Shown piece by piece: positions 40,456 through 49,542 of a stretch of DNA of 64,000 bases. Within the stretch, counting starts at the first letter, position 1. The number at the start of each line of letters is the position of its first letter. Origin of the DNA: an uncultured virus (IMG/VR IMGVR_UViG_3300020045_008339) (lineage: Duplodnaviria; Heunggongvirae; Uroviricota; Caudoviricetes); the IMG/VR virus record IMGVR_UViG_3300020045_008339; one strand, written 5' to 3'. A program made the position numbers and the translations under genes. The notes under the pieces were generated by a model. The model made no database searches. It saw nothing but the letters and a program-made list of their open reading frames with translations, and was not told where the DNA came from.

Positions 40456-41369
40456 TAAAGTGTTTCCTGTTTGAAGGTGATTGTTTTTGCCAATGACAAT
40501 ACAAAAGCATTGACGGCAGGATAACCACCCGATTCATAAGCCCTCCTAATCCTACGGGGCAAATTCATCTGTATCTGTACTGGATAGTTATATGTGTAGT
40601 AAAGATGGTCGGCCAGAACTTCACCCGGCTTTAGCACATAGCCCATTTCTTTAAGTTCAAGACCTGTGTACTTGTGCTTCTCAATTGTGTTGTCCAAGAA
40701 CCTGGGCAGGGTGCTGGCCACAAACTGGAACTTTCTCCTTTCTTTTTTCTTATTGCTCATACCTCGTTTTTAACTTGCAAATTCTTCAATGCTCAATCCT
40801 GATGCTGTCTTTCTTTCCTCCACAACTTTTCTGGCCTTTGCCTTCACGCCCATAAAGCCATTACCAAATTTCTGCCTCACAGCTTGCTCATATTCCCCTA
40901 TATCATCCCAGAGTTTTTTTGCATACACGGAGTTTTTGTACTGCTGGTCATAGTCCACATTATCATCGAATGTGGAAGATAGCATTCTTTCGTACAACTG
41001 CCTCAAAACTATCAAGTGCTTGAACTCCCTAGAGCCTTGGTAGTTGAGGTACGCTTCCACCGTTCGCCATATAGGTTCATCTTTCAGGTTGACGATATTG
41101 TCCAAGTACATATCGTCCTTATCATCATTGGTCTTTACTTCGCACAGTTCAGCCACCTTCCGCTTGTTCTCGTCCCAATCATTGCCCAACTCCAACAAAT
41201 CACTTTCAAAACTGAAACAACATATTATCCACTTGATTACTGGCCACCAGTTATCGTACTTCTCCATTACATCCTCAAACATTTCTACCCTATCAATACG
41301 AGTTAGTATCAATAGGCACTGGTTGGCATCCTTACAATCCTTTAGTTCCTGAAAAATGTTCTCTATCAT
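40455..41369 (-). CDS. Two hypothetical proteins upstream of terL (40455-40760, 40770-41369); one may be the small terminase
   Basis: Position only. Confidence 0.45.
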
Positions 41370-41509
41370 TTTTTGCTTTTAAAAAGTTCAATGGTTTCCC
41401 TGATGTTCAGTTTTATATAAAACTCTCCACCGAAGAAGAAGAACATAAATACAAAAACAATCAATCCTATACCAACAATGCTTTTGTACAAATTCCATAC
41501 TTTATTCAT
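41366..41509 (-). CDS. 47-aa single-TM protein
   Basis: MNKVWNLYKSIVGIGLIVFVFMFFFFGG...; ATGA overlap with the next gene. Confidence 0.5.
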   Translation of the reverse strand: MNKVWNLYKSIVGIGLIVFVFMFFFFGGEFYIKLNIRETIELFKSKK

Positions 41510-41569
41510 AACCTATATTTTAAATTAAAAAAGCCGCTTGTTAGGCGGCAATGAAAATTTGTTTGTGGG

Positions 41570-41611
41570 TTAGCAGCCACAGCCGCCATCGCCACCACCT
41601 TGCTTGTTCAT
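41570..41611 (-). CDS. 13-aa micropeptide MNKQGGGDGGCGC
   Basis: A-rich leader; flanked by hairpins at 41640-41666 and 41527-41549. Confidence 0.45.
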   Translation of the reverse strand: MNKQGGGDGGCGC

Positions 41612-41690
41612 AAAAATGGTTTTAATTGTGACAAATAAAAAAGCACTACATCAAAAGTAGTGCTTTAGTGCTTACTAACCCATTAGTATT

Positions 41691-42633
41691 TTACGAGTTG
41701 CAGTTTGGAGGCTTGAGCCAACTTAAATTCACGGCCACAACTATTTTTTCCTTTTCATCTTTGATTATTACACGACCATAACAACTTCGTTCAGGTTCTA
41801 AGAGTGGGGCTTCTGGTAGCACGGCATCATGGAAGGGAACGAAACTTGAAACTTCAATAGAAGAAGGCACTACATCCGTGACCGCAACAATACTTTCCAA
41901 TTGGTATTCACTGCAACTCGACGCCACAGTTTCCACAGCTTGGTACTTTGTCAAGGACTGTTCATAGCTACTCTCCTTTTCGGTTCTCGGCACATGCTCC
42001 TTCGCAATTACAGAGAACAAAAGGGCTGACACCGCCAGCAATAATGTTAATCTTTTCATGTTGTAAATTTTTTTAGGAACTAAAGGTATGGATAAAAATA
42101 AAAAGCCCCAAATATTTCTATTCAGGGCTTAGGTACTAATGTTAATTGGTTACACCCGTTGGGTATTTTTGCTTGTATTCTGCATATTGCACCCCCAGAT
42201 TAAACAAGTCAATAGCACTATCCATAATCAATGTAAAATGGCCATTTGCTTTATAAGCAATTTTCTCCTTGTCAAGAAATGCATAAAACCCATGCGAGTT
42301 GTTATGCACATTATAACCTTGAAAATCCATCATGTTTTTTGCCTCCTCTACCATTCTTGGCAACCTGCTTGGTGCTATAGGTAAAATGGTTATAAACTTT
42401 TTATCCTCACCACTAACACTACCCAAGTTCTCACCGGATGAAATGTGGTGGTCAAACTTAACCTCCAACCATTTACTTGTGTGGCCCAATTGTTCGAAGA
42501 AGGCTTTAAGGGTATAATCCCTTTGGTCTTCATCTTCGCCATTCACTATGCTTATCAACTTGACTGCTATTACTGGTTGCAGTCCTACACCATTCTCAAT
42601 AGGTCTGAGATGTACCTTGATACTTGATTTCAT
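41691..42633 (-). CDS. Signal-peptide protein (41691-42059) and a hypothetical protein (42142-42633)
   Basis: Each ORF is followed by a terminator-like hairpin. Confidence 0.5.
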
Positions 42634-42687
42634 TCTGTTTTGTTTTTAATGTTTAAAATATGCCGCCGAATTGGTCTGGCATTGTAA

Positions 42688-42740
42688 ATGTATAGAAAAA
42701 TGGCATTTTCTATACATGTTTTTATAACGTGTATAGAAAA
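42688..42740. promoter_or_regulatory. Triple TGTATAGAAAA operator-like sites
   Basis: Copies at 42689(+), 42706(-) and 42730(+). Confidence 0.5.
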
Positions 42741-42817
42741 AACAAAAAAGCCCCACATTTCTGTAGGACTTTTCTGACTTATTGGCTAAAGAAAGACTGG
42801 CATTGCGAATATAGGGA

Positions 42818-43219
42818 TTATTGTTTATTCCCCGTCCAGTTACCACTAAAAGGTGGAGAGGTTGTATAATTTGTCCATGTACCTGTAGAACTGCTACCGC
42901 TTAACACTCCATTGAAAGCTGCACCAGATGTTACAGAGCCTAATGTCATGTGTAGTTCACCGTTAAGGCTTACCGTTCCACTAGCTGCATAGGTTTTGCC
43001 TACGACTGGTGAAGTGATATTGCCAGCAACAATGCCGTCCACATTAATGGTCACTTCCCATGTTCCGTGGTCGTTTGCTCCTGTATATACACCCTTCCAT
43101 AATCCAGCAAAAGGATTGACGGCGGCGATACTTTCTTGCTTTGTGCAACTTGAAACCAACACTACTAATGCCATTGCAATTAACAATAGTGCGGCCAACT
43201 TGTAAATCTTATTTTTCAT
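42818..43219 (-). CDS. Beta-rich lipoprotein, phage-side copy
   Basis: VSSC lipobox followed by TKQES; G/W-rich beta strands; paralog of 45389-45769. Confidence 0.75.
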   Translation of the reverse strand: MKNKIYKLAALLLIAMALVVLVSSCTKQESIAAVNPFAGLWKGVYTGANDHGTWEVTINVDGIVAGNITSPVVGKTYAASGTVSLNGELHMTLGSVTSGAAFNGVLSGSSSTGTWTNYTTSPPFSGNWTGNKQ

Positions 43220-43348
43220 AAAAAGTTTTTTATTTAAAATCGAAGGTACAAAAAAAGAGTTAGACTGTAGAAACAGCCCAACTCCATCCAATATCCTAAG
43301 TTTTCTTACGAAACCCTAGTAAAACAATATAGAAGGCAAATATAAGGA

Positions 43349-43537
43349 CTATTGCACGTTTGTGGCTGGTTCTGATGTGTCAGTTTTTCCACCCGACGTT
43401 TTATTTTCATCTTCCTTATATAGTTCCTCCAACCTTTTCAGGTACTTATCCAAGGCTTCCCTATTTTCCCATAAAGCCTGTGCTTGTCTTTTTTTGTCCT
43501 CTGGTGACATGTGATGATGGTTACAACAATTTCGCAT
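43349..43537 (-). CDS. Small hypothetical protein just outside the left IR
   Basis: Would follow the DUF4031 gene in the empty site. Confidence 0.45.
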   Translation of the reverse strand: MRNCCNHHHMSPEDKKRQAQALWENREALDKYLKRLEELYKEDENKTSGGKTDTSEPATNVQ

Positions 43538-43689
43538 AAAATAGTCTTTACTATTATAACCCGTTGGCGGAATTAAATGAAAAATTGAAGGTCTGATTTA
43601 TCAGGCCTTTTTTGTAAATATACAATCTTCTATATTTTTTTGATTGATTTATATATGTTCGTATATTTGGCCTGCACAATTCCAAATGT

Positions 43690-44112
43690 ATGAATGATAA
43701 TCAACCATTTCTGGAACAGTTATATAAAGAATACCAACAGCTTGAAACAAGAAAAGCCAAGGTTGCCAACCTAATTGTTGAATATGGGGGTAGTATTCCA
43801 ACTCCTATTGTTACTGCTCCACCAACAACAACGGTTCCAGCCACTACAACCATTCCTCCAAATCAGTTCCATTTCAGCATATACTATCCATTGGCTGGTA
43901 CATGGAAGGACAAAATAAGATACATTCTGTTGCGTTTTGACGGACCAGCAACAGTGCAGGAAATAGTTGATAAGCTAATTCAATACGAATCCGATACAGA
44001 CAGGGAAAAACTGCACACAACAGTTACGCAGTACTGTTCCAATATGGGTAAAGAAGGCGAATTAATTGTTGAATCAGGTTACAGAAACAAATATTTTGTA
44101 AAAAATGGATAA
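43690..44112 (+). CDS. Cargo: coiled coil + P/T linker + winged-helix-like protein
   Basis: TATATTTG box at 43662-43669; ATVQEIVDKL...CSNMGKEGELIV; hairpin at 44114-44150. Confidence 0.65.
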   Translation: MNDNQPFLEQLYKEYQQLETRKAKVANLIVEYGGSIPTPIVTAPPTTTVPATTTIPPNQFHFSIYYPLAGTWKDKIRYILLRFDGPATVQEIVDKLIQYESDTDREKLHTTVTQYCSNMGKEGELIVESGYRNKYFVKNG

Positions 44113-44165
44113 TAAAAAAGCCCCGAAAGTTTGGCGACCGTGGGGCTTTTAAACAATTAAAATAC

Positions 44166-44234
44166 GGGGCGTCCTCTGGTGAGGTTGAGACGAATTAAGA
44201 CCCTCTCTTATCGGTTCGATTCCGATACGCTCCA
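44166..44234 (+). ncRNA. Cargo: tRNA-like RNA with G3:U70
   Basis: GGGGCGT/ACGCTCC-A acceptor; ATCGG-TTCGATT-CCGAT T-arm. Confidence 0.6.
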
Positions 44235-44290
44235 TCTTTTGCTCTTACCCAAAGGTAAGAAGATTTTGTTATCCAACAAGGTTTTCAACC

Positions 44291-45196
44291 GTGCATTGTA
44301 TCAAGACAAATTTTATAAAGATACTGCATGTCCTAAAAGATGCTTTAGGCGATGGGATACCTGTCGATGGCAATCTCAAAAGACCCGGTCCCAAACCAAG
44401 GTTCACAGATTTAGAAGTCATAGCGTTAAGCCTTACTGCTGAATGCCTTGGCATTGATAGTGAACTTTACCTGTTCCATAAAATCGAATCAGATTACAAG
44501 AATTTCTTCCGCAACATGATAAGCCGAAGGCAGTACAATGACAGGAGGAAATCCCTACTCAACTGGCAAGAAGAACTAAGGAAGAAGCTGGCATACAAAC
44601 TCAATGCTATCAACAATGTTTTTGCCATTGATTCCATGCCACTTGAAATATGCAAGCTGGCAAGGGAGCAGCGTAACAAGATGGGCAAGGAACATGAATG
44701 GAGTTCACCTGATAAAGGTTACTGTGCATCACAGGGAAAATACTTCTATGGTTACAAGATACACAGTGTATGCTCTCCTGTAGGTGTTATTGAATCATTT
44801 GATTTAAGCAAGGCTTCAATTCACGATGTAAAATATCTTAAAGATGTTGCCACAACTTTCAGCAACTGCATAATTACTGGTGATAGAGGTTACATAAACA
44901 GGTCTTTGCATGAGCAGTTACTGGAAAACAAGAATATCAGGATTGAAGTCCCATATAGGCACAACCAGAAAGAGAAGAAGAAAATTGACTATGCATACAA
45001 ACGTATCCGCAAGCGAATAGAAACAGTGTTCTCACAGCTTTGCGACCAGTTCATGATACAGCGTAACTATGCAAAATCCTTCAATGGTTTCCGCACGAGG
45101 ATACTTGCCAAAATCAGTGGCATGACCATATTGCAGTACATAAACAAATTCATACTTGACAGGCCAGTTGGACAAGTCAAGTATGCTTTGAAATAG
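44291..45196 (+). CDS. IS982-family DDE transposase
   Basis: FTDLEVIAL, SRRQYNDRR, AIDSMP, GYCASQ..FYGYKIH, GDRGY, RKRIETVFSQL. Confidence 0.93.
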   Translation: MHCIKTNFIKILHVLKDALGDGIPVDGNLKRPGPKPRFTDLEVIALSLTAECLGIDSELYLFHKIESDYKNFFRNMISRRQYNDRRKSLLNWQEELRKKLAYKLNAINNVFAIDSMPLEICKLAREQRNKMGKEHEWSSPDKGYCASQGKYFYGYKIHSVCSPVGVIESFDLSKASIHDVKYLKDVATTFSNCIITGDRGYINRSLHEQLLENKNIRIEVPYRHNQKEKKKIDYAYKRIRKRIETVFSQLCDQFMIQRNYAKSFNGFRTRILAKISGMTILQYINKFILDRPVGQVKYALK

Positions 45197-45197
45197 C

Positions 45198-45386
45198 TTA
45201 TTCATCCCTGCCAAAGAAGCCGAACATCATGAGCATAATAAAAACAATTACCAACATCTGCATGTATTCTATCAACCAATTTGGAACTTTTGTTTCCTTC
45301 CTCTTTTTACTGGCATGTATGGCAAACTTCGTTGCAGCAAAAAAGAAGGGCGATGCCACTAGCAATTGAAGTATTAGGTACTTCAT
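45198..45386 (-). CDS. Cargo: 62-aa two-TM protein
   Basis: Coupled to the upstream lipoprotein gene. Confidence 0.55.
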   Translation of the reverse strand: MKYLILQLLVASPFFFAATKFAIHASKKRKETKVPNWLIEYMQMLVIVFIMLMMFGFFGRDE

Positions 45387-45388
45387 AA

Positions 45389-45769
45389 CTATTGCTTTGT
45401 TCCTGACCAGGTTCCAGTATAATTGGGTGTCACAATATTGTTGACCCAACTTCCAGTTGCATTCGTACCAGACAAGATGCCCGTAAATACAGCACCCGAT
45501 GTAGCTGTACCTGCTGTTAAAGTAAACTGGCCATTTGAAGCAACCTGACCAGTTGCAACATAGCTTAAACCACTAGGTGTTGACTTGATGTTTCCAGTTG
45601 CAGAACCATCTGCATTGATAACAGCATCCCATTTACCATTGTCATTGGCTCCAGTGTAGGTTCCTTTCCACGAGCCAGCGAAAGGGCTAATGTCTTCTTT
45701 CTTTGAACAGGCAACGATGCTTACGAATGCCAACAGCAGTAACAGTTTTGACGAAATTTTTAGGAACAT
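45389..45769 (-). CDS. Cargo: beta-rich lipoprotein
   Basis: IVAC lipobox followed by SKKED; 51/98 identical to 42818-43219 by hand alignment. Confidence 0.8.
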   Translation of the reverse strand: MFLKISSKLLLLLAFVSIVACSKKEDISPFAGSWKGTYTGANDNGKWDAVINADGSATGNIKSTPSGLSYVATGQVASNGQFTLTAGTATSGAVFTGILSGTNATGSWVNNIVTPNYTGTWSGTKQ

Positions 45770-45815
45770 AAAAATTGGTTGGTTGCCGCAGTCCCTAAAG
45801 CAGTGTAAATAAAAA

Positions 45816-45981
45816 TAGCGTGGGACTTAATCAGCTATTGCTTTTTCGGGTACTTGGCAGAACCCAGCGACACAATAGACACAAATAAGCCCACGCCGTA
45901 GCATGAGCGAATCAACTGTCTCCCTGTGTCGCCTTTTAAACTGCCAAGTTTTGAAAAAGCACAGAAATAGCTAAAACGCTA
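45816..45981 (-). ncRNA. Cargo: long structured leader RNA
   Basis: Seven nested helices capped by c(UACG)g on the minus strand. Confidence 0.7.
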
Positions 45982-46047
45982 GTATTTTGAACCGCTAAAA
46001 TAACGAATAATGCCTGCACGAAAGCAGGCATTTGGTATATTTGAAAT

Positions 46048-46176
46048 GGAAAAGGGATGCAGATGTTTTGGTAAGATACTAGGACAACCTCTAAGAAGAC
46101 CTAGTATGCTAAATGTTTCTAAAAGGTTAGAACCAATTATGAAACAACCAGACAACTGCACCCTTTCGTTTTTTTT
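46048..46176 (+). ncRNA. Cargo: candidate small RNA next to the right IR
   Basis: TATATTTG box at 46036-46043, branched fold, T8 tail. Confidence 0.5.
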
Positions 46177-46228
46177 ACTTCTGAATTAATTCCGCCAACA
46201 GGTTATTATAATGCTTTCAGGTTACAAC

Positions 46229-46534
46229 CTACTGGTTAATGTACCTTTTAAACCAGCCTTCATCCTTCCCACGATCAATTGTTTGTCTTGCCAAAACCCT
46301 CATACCTATTTCAATGGCTCCAAATGATACAGCCTTACTTCTTGCTGAAAGGCACACATCAAAATGCTCCAACCTAGTATTTTTTTCCTGTATCCACTTA
46401 TGGGCAACACCTATTTTAGTAGCCATTTCTAAAAGTTCAACCCTAGTGTCTGCTATCATGTGGGACATTTTCATTCCCCTGAAATTGCCCATTGGAGTAG
46501 TGTACATATCATCCACATATACTGCCATAATCAA
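46229..46534 (-). CDS. DUF4031 family protein
   Basis: MAVYVDD...SHMIADT..EL...IGV...WIQ...HFDV. Confidence 0.85.
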   Translation of the reverse strand: MIMAVYVDDMYTTPMGNFRGMKMSHMIADTRVELLEMATKIGVAHKWIQEKNTRLEHFDVCLSARSKAVSFGAIEIGMRVLARQTIDRGKDEGWFKRYINQ

Positions 46535-49500
46535 TACTGCTTTATAAATTCATCAATCTTCTCCCTGTCTTTTTTATCGAAAATTTTATGCCCCTTTTCG
46601 TTCCTTATATTCTGCCAGTCAGCTTTTTTGAACTGTTCAGGAGTGGTAATTCCTGCATCCTTCAATCGCTGCAATGTTTTGGGACCAATGCCCGGTATTG
46701 ACGTTAATGGCTTTTGCCTTTTGAACCATCCCAAATCTTCGACCATACCACCACCGAAAACACCATTGACAAACGTATCTGGTTTTTTATAGTCCGAACT
46801 AACATCACCACCAACACCCCATTTGAATAATTGGTAGTAACCTTTATAAGCCCTCCACAATGGCATTTCAATATTGCCGCCAACTATACTGCCCAATTGT
46901 CCTTGTGCTTCATCCGTTTCACCCCTTAATGATTGCTTAATGGATTCCGTTAGTTTGCCAGAAGCAGAGAACCCGTCACCAAGATTGAAGAAATTCTGCA
47001 TGTACTTCAATGTACCAGTAGGCACATTTTTACTTGTGGCCATGTTGTACTGCAATATCATTAGTTCAGGAGCATTTTTCTTGAACAGCCTACTTAATTC
47101 ATAGTCGCCTTTTATTTTTAGGTACAACCAATCCAATGTGTCCAAATCCTTATCGTCGTCACCCTTTATACCAGCAGCTATTGCGTATGCTATTGTTAGC
47201 AATGTCAAGCAGGTTGTAAGTCCAACAATACCCCTAGCCATTTGTTGCTGGGCATTGCGGATTTCCGTCATTGATTTTTTAAGGGTTTCCTTGTCCTCAA
47301 AATCAATCTTGTCTTTCCAGCTGCCCATATAGCCTGTAACTATGCCTAAACCCGTAGCCTGTAATCTTAATTGTATCCAATTGAACTGTGAACCAATGAA
47401 CAGTAACCCTATGTTGTTTATAAGAACATCCATTGCTTTGTGTGTGGCCAACTTACCAGTCTTGCCTTCTGCAATCAGTTTCTTTTCCCTCATTTTACGT
47501 TTTTCCCTCAATCCTGAAATCGCTTCGGGAGTGGCTCCAAGAATACTTCCAATAACGCCGTCAGTCTGTGCTTCGTGGCCCATTCCAATTGCGGCAACGT
47601 GGTAGGCACTTTTCATGGCAGCTTCTATAGCTGTATGGTCAATTGCCTGATTTGAATTGAGATTTGCTTTAACCAGGTCGTTGGCCAAACGCACAACAGC
47701 GTTTTTATCATTGGGCAAATTGTACTTGTCCAGTATCTCCTTAGCCCTCTTTTGTGCATCTGCTTTCTTCTGGCCATAAAGAGCCTCGTTCATAAACTCG
47801 TTTGCTTCATCCTTTGTCATACCAGCCTTTTCTCTCAAAGCCTGATGCAGGTTCATTTGGAATATCTTGTTTGTGATAACAGCCTTAAAAGCACTATCAG
47901 AACCAGAAAGGAAATTACGGGCAGGGAACGTAGCTATATGGAGGAAACGTTTAAGGTAATTGTCCTTCTTTGCAATATCATGCTCCACGTTTACAATGTT
48001 TGCAAACTTCAATCCTTCATCACCATAACCCACACCACCCTTCGCCACATCCTGAAACACAGCTTTGAATAAATCCTTGTCCCTAAAGAACGCATCCCAG
48101 CCTTGCTGCTTCACCTGCAACAGAGTAGTTGATAGCAGTTCCCAGAAACCAGAACGGTTGTTTTCAATAACGTTAATGGGGTTCATAATAAGTCCAGTTG
48201 CCCGAAGCTGCATGAACTTATTTACCTTATCAATGGCATTAAGCATTGCAGTTTTGTTCTGCACGTTGGCAGTAACAATGTCGTTTATTTTTTCCTTCAA
48301 GGTGGAGAAGGCAAAGCCAGCATAGAAATCCTTACCATCGGTTGAAACAGGGTTGCCTTGAGCATCAAAGGTCAGCTCATTTGTAAGGTCGGTAACAGCC
48401 TGTGATATTTCAGCAAGGTTACGCATATCATTTGCTGTGATATTGTCAACCCCCAGCATCTTGTGCAACAAGGCATCATGGTTGTTTTGAAATATGCCAA
48501 GTACATTAAGTTCGGAGAGCCTCTTTAAATCGGACTTTATTTCATGTGGCTTACGCACTGCATTCAGTTTTGTATCCAGCATTTTTTCACTCTTTACCAA
48601 AGTTTCAGCCACCAAGTCGTTAAACTCACGTTCCAACGAATTTTTTATTTGCTGCACCACATCAACAGAGTAGCCCTTGTCAAGCAATACCCTGTCTATA
48701 TTATCACGCAATGCACTCACATTGTTTGTGTAACCAGCCAGCTTCACCCAATCAATAATACTTTTGCCATTGGATAATTGCTTACCAAAACCAGCCTCCT
48801 TCATTATATCAACAAGTACCGTCTTTGCTTCACCTTTGCTGAACATCAACGAATATGATGCAGCCATGTACTCCTTGAAATATTCCTCAAGCTGTGCCTT
48901 CATGAAAGCTGCCTGTGGCTTATTGTCCAGACCATCGTAAACTTTGTCTATTTCAGTTTTTGAATAGTTGAACAAGTCCTGCAGATTATTGAGCCTACCA
49001 TTCATATCCATTACCCCCATAGTTTCATAAGAGAGAACACGGTTGAGAACTTCCTGAAAATTTTCCTGCGTAGCCTCTTCTTTTGGAAGTTCACCAAGGA
49101 AACGCTTTGCACCACGCAACAATATTTTCTGCATGGCCACCATGTCGCTTTCAAATTCGCCCTTCTCGGTATAAGCAGAATAGAATGGCTGTGCCATTTG
49201 ATGCACTACCCATTCTTCTGATGGCATTTCTCCAATAGTTTGCTCCTGTTGTGCATTTTCCAACATGATCGCCCGTAGAAGGTCTGTATAGTTCTTGCCG
49301 ACAACTTTGTCTATTTCATCCTGACTGTTAAATGCAGCTTCATTTGTAGGTAGAACATCTGCATATATGGCCCCAATTGTACGGAGGTCAACTTCTATAC
49401 CAGCAGAACGTATCTGCTCATAAACGGAACGGAGCGATGCTTTACCAGTTACCGAAGCCTGACTGTAGCCTATGTACTGCACAAGTACACGCAGGTCATT

Positions 49501-49542
49501 CTGCAATTGGGTGTCTTTTAGTAAACAGGCTATACTTAGCAT
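46531..49542 (-). CDS. Large helical protein with TM segments and a C-terminal helix-hairpin-helix; probable ejected virion protein
   Basis: 1003 aa, coupled to the giant gene; IPGIGPKTLQRLKDAGITT. Confidence 0.6.
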   Translation of the reverse strand: MLSIACLLKDTQLQNDLRVLVQYIGYSQASVTGKASLRSVYEQIRSAGIEVDLRTIGAIYADVLPTNEAAFNSQDEIDKVVGKNYTDLLRAIMLENAQQEQTIGEMPSEEWVVHQMAQPFYSAYTEKGEFESDMVAMQKILLRGAKRFLGELPKEEATQENFQEVLNRVLSYETMGVMDMNGRLNNLQDLFNYSKTEIDKVYDGLDNKPQAAFMKAQLEEYFKEYMAASYSLMFSKGEAKTVLVDIMKEAGFGKQLSNGKSIIDWVKLAGYTNNVSALRDNIDRVLLDKGYSVDVVQQIKNSLEREFNDLVAETLVKSEKMLDTKLNAVRKPHEIKSDLKRLSELNVLGIFQNNHDALLHKMLGVDNITANDMRNLAEISQAVTDLTNELTFDAQGNPVSTDGKDFYAGFAFSTLKEKINDIVTANVQNKTAMLNAIDKVNKFMQLRATGLIMNPINVIENNRSGFWELLSTTLLQVKQQGWDAFFRDKDLFKAVFQDVAKGGVGYGDEGLKFANIVNVEHDIAKKDNYLKRFLHIATFPARNFLSGSDSAFKAVITNKIFQMNLHQALREKAGMTKDEANEFMNEALYGQKKADAQKRAKEILDKYNLPNDKNAVVRLANDLVKANLNSNQAIDHTAIEAAMKSAYHVAAIGMGHEAQTDGVIGSILGATPEAISGLREKRKMREKKLIAEGKTGKLATHKAMDVLINNIGLLFIGSQFNWIQLRLQATGLGIVTGYMGSWKDKIDFEDKETLKKSMTEIRNAQQQMARGIVGLTTCLTLLTIAYAIAAGIKGDDDKDLDTLDWLYLKIKGDYELSRLFKKNAPELMILQYNMATSKNVPTGTLKYMQNFFNLGDGFSASGKLTESIKQSLRGETDEAQGQLGSIVGGNIEMPLWRAYKGYYQLFKWGVGGDVSSDYKKPDTFVNGVFGGGMVEDLGWFKRQKPLTSIPGIGPKTLQRLKDAGITTPEQFKKADWQNIRNEKGHKIFDKKDREKIDEFIKQY

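Larger units (their letters stand above)
43559..46203 (+). mobile_element. IS982-family cargo-carrying transposon, 2645 bp
   Basis: IRL ACCCGTTGGCGGAATTAA (43559-43576); IRR reverse complement ACCTGTTGGCGGAATTAA (46186-46203); TATTATA duplicated at 43552-43558 and 46204-46210. Confidence 0.93.

Noticed and set aside
11349..42775. AAAGCCCC-type hairpins at 11349, 42102, 42748 and 44117 as a repeat family
   Set aside because: Loops differ; explained as ordinary intrinsic terminators.
46087..46231. sRNA loop AGGTTAGAACC resembles flank sequence AGGTTACAACC, and GGTTACAAC occurs in both flanks
   Set aside because: Short imperfect matches in AT-rich DNA, not at the junction; insufficient evidence for RNA-guided targeting.
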